Shown: positions 1 to 8,460 of the stretch, one piece after another
Numbering within the stretch: the first letter of the stretch is position 1
How the letters are laid out: every line of letters starts with the position of its first letter
Assembly (NCBI GenBank): GCA_032249095.1
Contig: JAVVGN010000017.1
Span: 1-31,076, forward strand
Reading direction: 5' to 3'
From: Candidatus Caldarchaeales archaeon
Lineage (GTDB): Archaea > Thermoproteota > Nitrososphaeria_A > Caldarchaeales > Calditenuaceae
Length of the DNA stretch: 31,076 nt
Program-made: the position numbers and the translations under genes
The notes under the pieces: generated by a model
Told to the model about the DNA's origin: nothing
What the model saw: the letters and a program-made list of their open reading frames with translations, nothing else
Databases searched by the model: none

Positions 1-53
1 AACAATAGCATCAATAATCATACACCTAAGATACGGAATTTAGAGATGAGTTC
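1..53 (+). mobile_element. Terminal 53 bp of a second copy of the IS seen at 12942-13647; the window begins inside the element
   Basis: Bases 1-53 match the reverse complement of 12942-12994 at 50 of 53 positions, and all differences are C/T transitions. Bases 2-43 encode TIASIIIHLRYGI-stop, which matches the orfB C-terminus TIAPITIHLRYGI-stop. The terminal repeat GAGATGAGTTC lies at 43-53. Confidence 0.8.
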
Positions 54-212
54 ATCATATATGTGGTGAAATAGGTCTGGGATGCTGACTATCAGTATCT
101 TTTCCGGGTTGACTTTTAATGTGTGCTGTCCGTTGAGTACAGAAACCGCGATCCATTCCCCGTCAAACAGCACCCGCCGTCTTTTATTTGGTATACCAGC
201 CTTTTGGTACAT
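18..212 (-). CDS. Hypothetical protein, probably truncated because its 3' end and stop codon lie inside the IS terminus
   Basis: This is a 64-aa ORF. The same frame is open upstream to about 326 without a start codon (VYAILDNKGVFVAKDGSTTTRINARRLL...). Its last codons run into IS bases 18-53. I recognise no family. Confidence 0.3.
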   Translation of the reverse strand: MYQKAGIPNKRRRVLFDGEWIAVSVLNGQHTLKVNPEKILIVSIPDLFHHIYDELISKFRILGV

Positions 213-442
213 GTATTCTGTTACTATAAGACACTTTAGGAGGCGACGGGCGTTTATCCTAGTAGTGGTTGAGCCGTCTTTTGCTACGAAAACTCCCTTG
301 TTATCTAGTATGGCATAGACTTACAGGGTTATCCAGTTTCTTACATATCTGTAGGCTGTGGGTAGTATGGTTAGTATTCTTATGACGTTTAAAAGCGTAA
401 CTATCACGCATTTTACTGGTGTCGTGATGTATTTTGGATTTC

Positions 443-1357
443 TCATTTTGCAGAAATGGTGATGGGTTTCTTCATACCGTAAGTGTGCCATTTTTTGTAT
501 TGGCTCATCTTTTCGATGTTCCTAGCGTCCCTCATAGCTGATAACCGTGCAGTGATTTCTATCACAATCGCAGGAAGTAGCCAGAGTACTCTTGATGGTT
601 TCCGAATAACTGCAAGAAGTGTGGCGGCCGCTAGTATATTGGGCTGCATGCTGGGGGCTGTAGATTTTCCCAGCTGGATATGTCCCACAATCATCCTCTT
701 TCTCCTGATGTATAGGTGCTTTATTGATGACGAGGCGTCGAAATACGCTATTGCGTCTTCGGCGAATAATGTTCTAGCCCCTCTTCGGATTATGCAAATG
801 CCAACGTACTCATCGTCGTTTATCACCTTCACTATCCTTTCTATGTATTTCAGTCTAATTCCATACATTACTGCTCCTAGATGGACGTTCATCCCTCTTC
901 TCTGTTGCAGCCTTTTTCCCTCAGCAAGAATTGCCCAGACCAGTTCGTCGATGGAGTAGGCGAGGCCGCCGCCTACAGGTATCTGCAACGCTGATACCCC
1001 TCCCACAGTTGGAATTGCGATATATTTTGCTAGTTTTTTGATTGAGCCCTTGGTCGGTATGGCGTCGGCGTCTACCTCTATCACTATCTCGTAGCCTTTC
1101 TCAGCCGCAAACCGTATAGCGTCGCTGAGTGCCGCCGCCTTTCCCATCCTTACAGGATGTCTAATGACTGTAGCGCCTTGCTGGAGAGCTATGTCTGCTG
1201 TACTGTCATCGCTTCCATCATCGACCACTAGGACGTTAAAGCCTTCTTCGAGAACCCTTGAAACAACTTTTCCTATTGTTTCTTCCTCATTGTAGGCGCA
1301 TATGACGACCAGCAAGGATGAGCCGCCTTGGTTCTTACAACTCATTGGGTCCTCCAT
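443..1357 (-). CDS. Family 2 glycosyltransferase (GT-A fold) with a C-terminal membrane segment
   Basis: The N-terminus LLVVICAYNEEETIGKVV...VLVVDDGSDDST and the DxD-like EVDADAIP are typical of GT2. The C-terminal stretch is hydrophobic. The gene is clearly AT-richer than its neighbours (about 43% GC in sampled lines). Confidence 0.85.
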   Translation of the reverse strand: MEDPMSCKNQGGSSLLVVICAYNEEETIGKVVSRVLEEGFNVLVVDDGSDDSTADIALQQGATVIRHPVRMGKAAALSDAIRFAAEKGYEIVIEVDADAIPTKGSIKKLAKYIAIPTVGGVSALQIPVGGGLAYSIDELVWAILAEGKRLQQRRGMNVHLGAVMYGIRLKYIERIVKVINDDEYVGICIIRRGARTLFAEDAIAYFDASSSIKHLYIRRKRMIVGHIQLGKSTAPSMQPNILAAATLLAVIRKPSRVLWLLPAIVIEITARLSAMRDARNIEKMSQYKKWHTYGMKKPITISAK

Positions 1358-1426
1358 TATATTACCAACTGTAGAGGCAGCCCATGACTAGAAAAATATG
1401 ATGTAGGTATGACTTCAATGATGTGT

Positions 1427-1831
1427 TTATGGTACCAGCACTGCTACTGGGTACGTCTTTCCGCTGGTTGTGTGGAGCGCTATCTCGTTTGTTATGCCAC
1501 CGGTTCTTACGCAGGTATTCCCAACTGGAACACTCCACACCCCTGTTTGACCTATCGATAAGGCGTCAGTAAGACCACTCATGCATGGCAGACCATTAAC
1601 TAGGATCATGTCTACGACTGTCGGGCTTGAGCCACTGTTCTTAGCTATGACAATAACTCGGGACTCAGCTGTGTCCCAGTAGGCTGACTGTATCTCGATC
1701 TTCTCGAACCTCGTGAAGACCCCGACGAGTCCTGAGGCCCAGAACGCAACAGCGATCGCTATCACTATCGACACCGCAACCAGAATCACGGTCGCGACTA
1801 CAGGGCTTATACCTGCGTTCCTTCTCGTCAT
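1427..1831 (-). CDS. Archaeal type IV pilin-like protein with a class III signal peptide (DUF361/archaeal pilin N-terminal domain)
   Basis: From the internal Met the protein begins MTRRNAG|ISPVVATVILVAVSIVIAIAVAFW. That is a basic tip, a G/I prepilin-peptidase-type cleavage site and a hydrophobic helix. A TATA box lies 28 nt upstream of this ATG, so I prefer it to the 162-aa ORF start at 1915. Confidence 0.8.
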   Translation of the reverse strand: MTRRNAGISPVVATVILVAVSIVIAIAVAFWASGLVGVFTRFEKIEIQSAYWDTAESRVIVIAKNSGSSPTVVDMILVNGLPCMSGLTDALSIGQTGVWSVPVGNTCVRTGGITNEIALHTTSGKTYPVAVLVP

Positions 1832-1855
1832 CGTAGATGGCCGAGGAGCTTGTGG

Positions 1856-1862
1856 TATATAA
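1856..1862 (-). promoter_or_regulatory. Candidate TATA box for the pilin gene (leaderless transcript)
   Basis: TTATATA on the minus strand is centred about 28 nt upstream of the ATG at 1831. Confidence 0.45.
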
Positions 1863-1925
1863 GCACTAGCTAGAACCGGGACTTCTACTGGAGCCGGCGT
1901 GCCGTAAACTGTCAATCAACAACTC

Positions 1926-1932
1926 TTATATA
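1926..1932 (+). promoter_or_regulatory. Candidate TATA box for the FlaJ/TadC-like gene
   Basis: TTATATA is centred about 31 nt upstream of the ATG at 1960, in the short divergent spacer shared with the pilin gene. Confidence 0.45.
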
Positions 1933-1959
1933 CCCACCGCGCAGCAAGATGGCCCAGGC

Positions 1960-3735
1960 ATGGGGTTCTCGGAAAGCTTCACAAGCTTCTCCTACTCAAA
2001 CTTCAGGACGCTCGGCGTATACCTCCTCAGGATTGCCCCGGGAATCCCCGCAAAGCTAGAGAGCGCCGGAAAGAGGATCTACCCCGAGGTCTTCACCTCG
2101 ATAGTCGCCGCCACCACCATCATCTCCGCCGCCATAGCCGTCCCCCTGGCCATACTAGTCTACCTCCTGACCGGAAGCATCATAGGCCTGGCCATGATCG
2201 CCAGCATCCCCGCCATAACACTCCTGATAGGCCTAGCTTGGCCATACCTCTCCGCAGCCTCGGCCGCCACCCTCTTCGAGAGCGAGGTCCCCTACGCCGC
2301 AGCCTACCTCGCCGTCATGTCCACCGGCGGAATCCCGCCCTACAAGAGCCTCTCGAGACTCGCCCAGAGCCAGCTAATGCCCAACATAGCCAAGGCCGCG
2401 AGGCTCGCAGACCTAAACGTCAAGGTTGGAGGCCTAGACCCAGTCACAGCGATCGAGAAGATGGCCAAGGGTCTGCCGAGCAAGGAGTACCGGGACCTAC
2501 TCATGGGCTACGCATCAACCATCAGGAGCGGCGGAGACGTGGTCCACTTCCTCATCAGGAAGACCGAGCAGATCTTCAACTCGAGGATGGGGAAGATGCG
2601 GATAGTCGGGGAGAGGATGGGCATGATAATGGAGGGCTACGCCGCGATAACCATGATGCTCTCCCTAGTCCTCTTCACAATATACATAGTCTCCAGGGCC
2701 CTGCCCTCGGAGTTCCTGATCATGCCTTCAGAACAGTTCGCACTGATAGCCTACCTCATCCTGCCACTAATGTCCGTGATGTTCCTCTACATAGCCGACG
2801 TCAGCCAGCCCAAATACCCAATCACCGACCCCAGACCCATGAGGGTCCTCTACCTCACGCTCCCAGGAGCCCTGGCCTTCCTAGTGCTCTTCGTCATGCC
2901 CTTCTTCGTCACAGAGCTAAGATACATGACACCCTTCGACGTGACCTCCGGCCTCATAGAGTCTCTGAGAAAGGCCGCCGGGATAGAGATGGGTTACGAG
3001 TCCTCCATAGCCCTCATACTCTTCTTCATAATACTCTTCACGCCGGCCGCGATAGCCTACCAGAGATACGGAGCCGAGAACTTCTCCGTGGTCCACGGAA
3101 TGACCCTCTTCCTCAGGGACCTCACGGAGGCCCGGAAGACCGGCCTAAGCCCCGAGAGATGCATAATCGACCTATCCCGGAACCAGTACGGCGCCTTCAG
3201 CAAACACCTCAAGGTAATAGCCAGACAGATCAGCTGGGGAATGCCCCTAAGAAAGATCTACGAGGACTTCGCCAAGAGGACTTACGGCTGGCTCGAGAGG
3301 GCCGGAATCTTCATACTTGTCGACGCCATAGACGTCGGAGGGGGAGCGCCCGAGACCTTCGAGGTCCTGGCATCATTCTCGGAGGACCTGGAGGAGATCG
3401 AGAGGCAGAAGAGGGCGTCCCTAAGGCCCCTCATGATAATCCCATACCTCACCGCAATACTACTGATCGTGGTGGTCGTCATACTCGTGTCATTCATGAA
3501 GAACCTCCTCACTCTGGCCAGGCTAAGCATCTCGTCCGCCGAGTTCATCCACTTCTTCCTCCCACCCGTAATAATCATAGCCGCGATAAGCGGGCTCGTA
3601 GCAGGCAAGATCTCAAGCTCGATGCTTGCGGGAGGCTTCAAGCACGCCGTAATAATGTGCCTGATCTCGCTGATAGCGATCTGGGCCTCAGCCAGCTTCT
3701 CAGTAAACCTCTTCCAGTTCGCCGCTACTCCATAA
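1960..3735 (+). CDS. FlaJ/TadC-like polytopic membrane protein (two T2SS-F type domains) of a type IV pilus-like system
   Basis: The protein is 591 aa with many TM segments and two cytoplasmic T2SSF-like modules (...AKAARLADLNVKVGGLDPVTAIEKMA...STIRSGGDVVHFL...VGERMGMIMEGY... and ...FLRDLTEARKTGLSPERCI...ISWGMPLRKIYEDFA...). Confidence 0.85.
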   Translation: MGFSESFTSFSYSNFRTLGVYLLRIAPGIPAKLESAGKRIYPEVFTSIVAATTIISAAIAVPLAILVYLLTGSIIGLAMIASIPAITLLIGLAWPYLSAASAATLFESEVPYAAAYLAVMSTGGIPPYKSLSRLAQSQLMPNIAKAARLADLNVKVGGLDPVTAIEKMAKGLPSKEYRDLLMGYASTIRSGGDVVHFLIRKTEQIFNSRMGKMRIVGERMGMIMEGYAAITMMLSLVLFTIYIVSRALPSEFLIMPSEQFALIAYLILPLMSVMFLYIADVSQPKYPITDPRPMRVLYLTLPGALAFLVLFVMPFFVTELRYMTPFDVTSGLIESLRKAAGIEMGYESSIALILFFIILFTPAAIAYQRYGAENFSVVHGMTLFLRDLTEARKTGLSPERCIIDLSRNQYGAFSKHLKVIARQISWGMPLRKIYEDFAKRTYGWLERAGIFILVDAIDVGGGAPETFEVLASFSEDLEEIERQKRASLRPLMIIPYLTAILLIVVVVILVSFMKNLLTLARLSISSAEFIHFFLPPVIIIAAISGLVAGKISSSMLAGGFKHAVIMCLISLIAIWASASFSVNLFQFAATP

Positions 3736-5665
3736 GCTCGACGATGCCGCCAATAATGTCGATGCGGCGCCTCTCCTTCAGGTGACGCATAGCCCTGATA
3801 ACCATCTCCCTCGGATAGGGAGTCTTCACAAACACCTGCCAGTACGGGATCGGCCCGCTCTTCTTCAGGAGGTTTTCCACGATGTAGTCGGCGACCGTCC
3901 TAACCTCGTTCTCCAGCTCCAGGCCGGCTGCCTGTGCGAGGGCAGTCAGCTGGGCGGGGGTCTGTCCCTGAGCAGGCATTCGTAGGAGCGTCTGAGCGCC
4001 CGTGGGAGCCGGGACGGCTATCTCCGGCGGCCTCTTGACAACGAGGCCGAGCTCCGAGATCAGCTTGTCTGGGTCGGCGTAGTATGAGAGGATTATGCTG
4101 GAGACCTTCTCGTTATCAGTGACGTTGTTCGTCCTCATCCACTCCAGAAGCTCCTTCCTCTTCCAGAGCTCTAGGACAACGTTCTCCCTCGGCATCCCAG
4201 TCATAAGAGAGATGCTCTCGAGCTGGATGCTGTTCGCAAAGTTTACCCTAAAGGTGTCGGTGACGGGGTCCCACTCGGCTATCTTCCTATACTTATGAGC
4301 GTCCTCGAGCTCCCAGATATACCTCACCCTCCTCCCATAGATCTGGGCCTTCCCCTTCAGCTGGACCCTCTGGACCAGGGCCATGGCATCGAGGAGCGAG
4401 AGGTGGGTCTCAGGAATATTCATGGGAGGACTCATCATCCTCTTAACCGCTGTCTCCACATCGTCAGCGTGGATCGTCGTAAGACCGCCGTGTCCGGTAG
4501 CGATGGCCTGGAAGAGGACGAACGCCTCCTCACCCCTAACCTCGCCGACGATAAGGTAGTCGGGCCTATACCGCAGGCTAGTCCTGACGAGCTCGAAGAG
4601 CGAGACCTCGCCCCTCTCGCTCGACCCCAAGCCGTAGCTCTCCCTAGTAACGAATCTGACCCAGTTCTCGCGCGGAATATTGATCTCGGCCGTCTCCTCG
4701 CAGGTCACGATCTTCATCCTGGGCTTGACGAACGTCGTGAGGGCGTTGAGCAGGGTCGTCTTTCCACTACCCGTAGCTCCGATCAGCATGATGTTGGCCT
4801 TGTTCTCGAGGAGGAGCCAGAAATACGCGCCCATCTCGCTGTTCAGGACGTTGCTGACGATGAGCTCGATTATGCTGAAGGGCCTCTCCCTGAACTTCCT
4901 GATGGTGAAGGTGCTGCCCCTCGGAGAGATCTCCTCCCTAAACGTGGCCGCCAACCTGTGCTTACCGTATATCATGGCGTCAACGATGGGGAACGCGGAT
5001 GAGACGTGCTTACCGGCCTTGTGGGCCAGGTGTATGATGAAGTCGTCGAGCGCCTCCCTGTCGTAGAACGATATGTTGGTCGGCATGCTCTCGAAGTCCC
5101 TGTGCCAGACATAGATAGGCACGTTTACCCCGTCGCACGAGACATCCTCGACCTTGAAGTCCTCCATGATAACGTTGAGGGGGCCGAACCCTAGGAGGTC
5201 CCTGTCAATATAATAGAGCAGCCGCTCGACCTGCTCCCCCGACACATCCCCCAGACCGACGGCCCGCCTATACTTCTTCAGAATCTTGAGCGCCGACTCG
5301 TGTAGAACCTTCCTAACCTCCTCCTCCTCACCGAGCTTAGGAAAGTCAAGCTCCTTCGTCAGTATGTCCTTAACCCTCTCGAGAGCCACCTCCTCTTCAG
5401 GCCGCAGGGGAGCCTCGCTCACAAAGTATATTGGCTCCACGACCCTTCCAGGAGGAGCCGCGATAATGACCTCCGAGAATTTGCTGCCGACCTGGTAGCG
5501 GTCAAGAATCTCGAAGGAGGGGTTTAGGGGCTTTACATCAATCCCTCGCCACTGCTTCATGGGCTCCTGCTCCTTCTTCTTCCTCTCCTTAGCCCCCTTG
5601 ACCTTGTCTTCCTTCTTAGGGGCCTCAGGCGCGCCCGGCGACTTAACCTCGGACTGCTGCCCCAT
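3725..5665 (-). CDS. FlaI/GspE/VirB11-family secretion ATPase (archaeal type IV pilus assembly ATPase) with N- and C-terminal extensions
   Basis: Motifs seen are Walker A GATGSGKTTLLNAL, Walker B/Asp box LIVGEVRGEEA and His box ATGHGGLTTIHA. The protein is 646 aa, with a K/E-rich N-terminus of about 35 aa and about 100 extra residues after the canonical YYADPDKLISEL end. Confidence 0.9.
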   Translation of the reverse strand: MGQQSEVKSPGAPEAPKKEDKVKGAKERKKKEQEPMKQWRGIDVKPLNPSFEILDRYQVGSKFSEVIIAAPPGRVVEPIYFVSEAPLRPEEEVALERVKDILTKELDFPKLGEEEEVRKVLHESALKILKKYRRAVGLGDVSGEQVERLLYYIDRDLLGFGPLNVIMEDFKVEDVSCDGVNVPIYVWHRDFESMPTNISFYDREALDDFIIHLAHKAGKHVSSAFPIVDAMIYGKHRLAATFREEISPRGSTFTIRKFRERPFSIIELIVSNVLNSEMGAYFWLLLENKANIMLIGATGSGKTTLLNALTTFVKPRMKIVTCEETAEINIPRENWVRFVTRESYGLGSSERGEVSLFELVRTSLRYRPDYLIVGEVRGEEAFVLFQAIATGHGGLTTIHADDVETAVKRMMSPPMNIPETHLSLLDAMALVQRVQLKGKAQIYGRRVRYIWELEDAHKYRKIAEWDPVTDTFRVNFANSIQLESISLMTGMPRENVVLELWKRKELLEWMRTNNVTDNEKVSSIILSYYADPDKLISELGLVVKRPPEIAVPAPTGAQTLLRMPAQGQTPAQLTALAQAAGLELENEVRTVADYIVENLLKKSGPIPYWQVFVKTPYPREMVIRAMRHLKERRRIDIIGGIVELME

Positions 5666-5692
5666 CTGGGGGCCTATTGAGACGGTATAGGT

Positions 5693-5704
5693 TAAAAATA
5701 TTTC
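5693..5704 (-). promoter_or_regulatory. Candidate TATA/BRE region for the ATPase gene
   Basis: AAATATTTTTAA on the minus strand is centred about 33 nt upstream of the ATG at 5665, in the 66-bp gap after the ABC membrane gene. Confidence 0.4.
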
Positions 5705-5731
5705 CCTGAGCCACGGGACTATGCCGACGTG

Positions 5732-7270
5732 CTATGCTGCCGGCACGAGGCGCCCCGAGCAGCCCCTCACGACGATCTTGTAAAGCAGCAACGAGAGGCC
5801 CCCCACGTAGAGCGCCATGTTGGCCATCATGGGTAGGCTGGGGTCTGTGGCGAGAGGCTCAAAAAGCCTCACGACTAGGATCGGCAGCGAGAGAAGAATC
5901 GACCCTGCGACGGGTAAAACGACAAAAAGGAGAGCGGTTATGGAGAGGGGGGTTGAAGATAGCCTCAGAAGAGTCGCGGTTAGTATCGACAAGAGGGCAC
6001 CAAAGCAGGACATAGAGAAGAGAAGAACCAGATCTATCTGGAGGAAGGGTATCTCCTCAGCGCCGAGGGACACGGCTCCATAGAGTATTAGGGCGAAGGG
6101 GAACGTGACCGTGAGATAGGCGAGAAAGAGGCCCGCGATATAGTTCCTCTCCACACCCCTCGCGAGGCTCACAAGCCAGAGGTTCGGCCTCTCCGAGAGG
6201 CTCCAGTTAATCGAGAGAAGCGCGGGAAGCAGCGGTATATACAGAGCAATCATAGTCAGCTCCGCCACCTCCGGAAACTGCCCGATACGCATCAGCCTCG
6301 GAGCAGCACTATTCGCGAGGGTCAGGAATAGAAGCACGAGGACCCCCGTCCAGAGAGTCCCCTCCCGCACGACTCGGGTGAGGTGGAGCCTGTACATTAG
6401 GGAGACGCGACCGCCTGATGCGTTTATAGAGAATAGCTTAGCGATGGGCTGGGGGGTCTTGAAATATTTTGTGAATTGGCGTGGTGGCTCCATAAGGGCG
6501 GTGAAGAGGACTGGAGAGACTGAGGGGTAAAAGTTCCCCCTCGCCACCAGTATGTAGGCCACAACCAGCGATGCGTAGTAGGGCGCGATAAGAATAAGCT
6601 CCCCGTGCTGGCCGGAGACAGCGCGCATCAGGATCATCGATGGATGAAGCTCGAGTGTTGGCGGAGTCTCGACGCCAAGGGCAAGATACAGCAGGGGGAG
6701 GAAGGTAGCAACAAGCATCAACCAGCCTAGGACCCTCGACCGCGACTCACCGAACCAGTGCCTCGAGATGCCGAGGAGGTGCCCTAGGAGTATGGTAAAA
6801 ATGATGGCCGCAAAGTAAAGGGGTACCCCCCTAACGAGGTATTCGACGTGGTACGGGTAACTAAGCATGGCCAGCACAATTGATGTGGGCGGCAAGACGA
6901 ATGCCGAGAGGATTATCGCTTGGAAGACGAGGTCGGAGAGAAGAAAGGCGATGGGCCTGATATTTGAGGTAAGGACATAGTAGATCTCGTAGGGGAGAGC
7001 TGTTACGCCCCCCTTCATGCCGAGGAAGACCCCAACCGCCAACACAGAAGTCACGAGTATCAGGGTCACATTCTCTAGGAAGACGCGCGGCCCGGATCCG
7101 GAGACTATGCCGCTGATCCTCAGTACCACCGACATGGCTCCTACGACGGAGAGCCAGAGGAGGTATACTAGCAGGAGAGACAGCAGACTTCGCGGAGACC
7201 TCTTAACCCTCCCCAAATACTGCTTAAACTTGGCCGAGACGAGAAGGCCTAGAAGTGTCAGGAGACCCAC
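5732..7270 (-). CDS. Large polytopic membrane protein, putative ABC exporter permease component
   Basis: The protein is 512 aa and almost entirely hydrophobic helices. Its start overlaps the stop of the upstream ABC ATPase by 13 nt, which suggests translational coupling. Confidence 0.75.
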   Translation of the reverse strand: MGLLTLLGLLVSAKFKQYLGRVKRSPRSLLSLLLVYLLWLSVVGAMSVVLRISGIVSGSGPRVFLENVTLILVTSVLAVGVFLGMKGGVTALPYEIYYVLTSNIRPIAFLLSDLVFQAIILSAFVLPPTSIVLAMLSYPYHVEYLVRGVPLYFAAIIFTILLGHLLGISRHWFGESRSRVLGWLMLVATFLPLLYLALGVETPPTLELHPSMILMRAVSGQHGELILIAPYYASLVVAYILVARGNFYPSVSPVLFTALMEPPRQFTKYFKTPQPIAKLFSINASGGRVSLMYRLHLTRVVREGTLWTGVLVLLFLTLANSAAPRLMRIGQFPEVAELTMIALYIPLLPALLSINWSLSERPNLWLVSLARGVERNYIAGLFLAYLTVTFPFALILYGAVSLGAEEIPFLQIDLVLLFSMSCFGALLSILTATLLRLSSTPLSITALLFVVLPVAGSILLSLPILVVRLFEPLATDPSLPMMANMALYVGGLSLLLYKIVVRGCSGRLVPAA

Positions 7271-8007
7271 CTCCTGCTCGAGATTATCCTGATGAAGACC
7301 TCCTCGAGCGGCTCCGAGTATCCTAGATTCGTCGCCGACCTCAGCTGGTCGAGGGTCCCAGAGATTATTGTCCTGCCCTCATGAATGATTGTGGCAGACT
7401 CGCAGATCCGCTCAATCGAGTCTAAAAGGTGTGTACTTACGAGCACCCCTCCATCGGAGCTCGCTATCTCCCTCATCACCTGCTTTGCAGTTCTCTGAGC
7501 CTCGGGATCTAGCCCGTTGAAGGGCTCATCCAAGATGAGTATCGACGGCTGATGGACCACGGCGGCGGCGAAGGCGAGTCTCTGCCTCACGCCCTTGGAG
7601 AGCTCGTAGATCAGCTTGCCGTAGTGCCGCTTCAGGCCGAAGAGTTCGGCCATCTCGTCGACCCTCTGGCTTAGGCCTGGGCCGGCCAGCCTCCTGAGCC
7701 TAGCTGCGAAGAGGAGAAACTCCTTCGCCGTCAGGTACTCTGGGAGGGGAGGGTTCTCGGGCACATAGCCGATGAGGTCCTTGTATGATGAGTCGGCCAC
7801 CACGTCTATGCCGCAGACCCTTAAGACCCCTCTATCCGGCTTCAGAAGCCCCACGAGGCATTTAAGCGTGGTGGTTTTCCCGGCCCCGTTAAGCCCGAGA
7901 AGCCCGTGGATCTCGCCCGGCCTGACCGTGAGGTTAACGCCGCGGAGAGCGGGCTCGCCGTTGAAGCTCTTCCAGAGACCGACTACCTCTATCAGCGCTC
8001 CTGCCAT
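7258..8007 (-). CDS. ABC transporter ATP-binding protein (ABC-2/CcmA-like exporter type)
   Basis: Motifs seen are Walker A GLLGLNGAGKTTTLK, signature LSKGVRQRL, Walker B ILILDEP and an H-loop STHLL. Confidence 0.92.
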   Translation of the reverse strand: MAGALIEVVGLWKSFNGEPALRGVNLTVRPGEIHGLLGLNGAGKTTTLKCLVGLLKPDRGVLRVCGIDVVADSSYKDLIGYVPENPPLPEYLTAKEFLLFAARLRRLAGPGLSQRVDEMAELFGLKRHYGKLIYELSKGVRQRLAFAAAVVHQPSILILDEPFNGLDPEAQRTAKQVMREIASSDGGVLVSTHLLDSIERICESATIIHEGRTIISGTLDQLRSATNLGYSEPLEEVFIRIISSRRWVS

Positions 8008-8165
8008 TTGAGCCCGTGTGGTTAATGGTCGGGGGTAGTAATAATCTCGGCCCTGAGCCTACGGACGGACGCGTGGGATTATATTACTCGGGCCTGCCGG
8101 AGAATGTTCTCCGCCGATTATTGCGCTGGCGCCTTACAGCCGGACTAGCATCAGCGCGAGAGAGC

Positions 8166-8172
8166 AATAAAT
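8166..8172 (+). promoter_or_regulatory. Candidate TATA box for tRNA-Arg
   Basis: AATAAAT is centred 29 nt upstream of tRNA position 1. Confidence 0.45.
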
Positions 8173-8197
8173 CTCGGAGCCTGCAATAAGACTTAGA

Positions 8198-8272
8198 GGG
8201 CCCGTGGCCTAGCATGGATAGGGCGCCGGCCTTCGGAGCCGGAGGTCCTGGGTTCAAGTCCCAGCGGGCCCA
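8198..8272 (+). tRNA. tRNA-Arg (anticodon TCG), no intron, CCA not encoded
   Basis: Hand-folded cloverleaf: acceptor GGGCCCG/CGGGCCC, D stem GCCT/GGGC, anticodon stem CCGGC/GCCGG with loop CTTCGGA, variable AGGTC, T arm CTGGG-TTCAAGT-CCCAG, discriminator A. Confidence 0.9.
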
Positions 8273-8460
8273 ATATTAGTTATTATTTTGAGGATGTTGG
8301 ATGGGGGAAATGGTTGGGGGAGGGGTAGGTTTTCTAGTGGTTCTCTTGACGTAGCTTTCTAGCCGTATCTGCTTCCTAGTAATAATGGTGAAGCCTATGT
8401 ATCTGTAGAAGTTTATGTTACTGCTGGCCCGAATATAGATCACATATACGTCCTTGTTGG
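8273..8460 (+). repeat. Copy A (truncated) of the tRNA-flank repeat module
   Basis: The module starts at the base after the tRNA discriminator. AATATTAGTTATT, GGGGAAA..GTTGGGGGAGGGGT, TCTCTTGACGTA and CGTATCT blocks align with the reverse complement of 28069-27930. The G-rich core also recurs at 18803-18826. Confidence 0.65.

Noticed and set aside
2238-3785. 515-aa ORF in an alternative frame of the FlaJ-like gene
   Set aside because: The composition is extremely Arg/Pro/Gly-rich and low in complexity, which is typical of an off-frame ORF in GC-rich coding DNA. The overlapping frame has clear T2SS-F membrane protein features.
4295-5066. Antisense ORFs (235 aa and 128 aa) inside the ATPase gene
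   Set aside because: They have no motifs and a skewed composition. The opposite strand carries unambiguous Walker A/B and His-box motifs.
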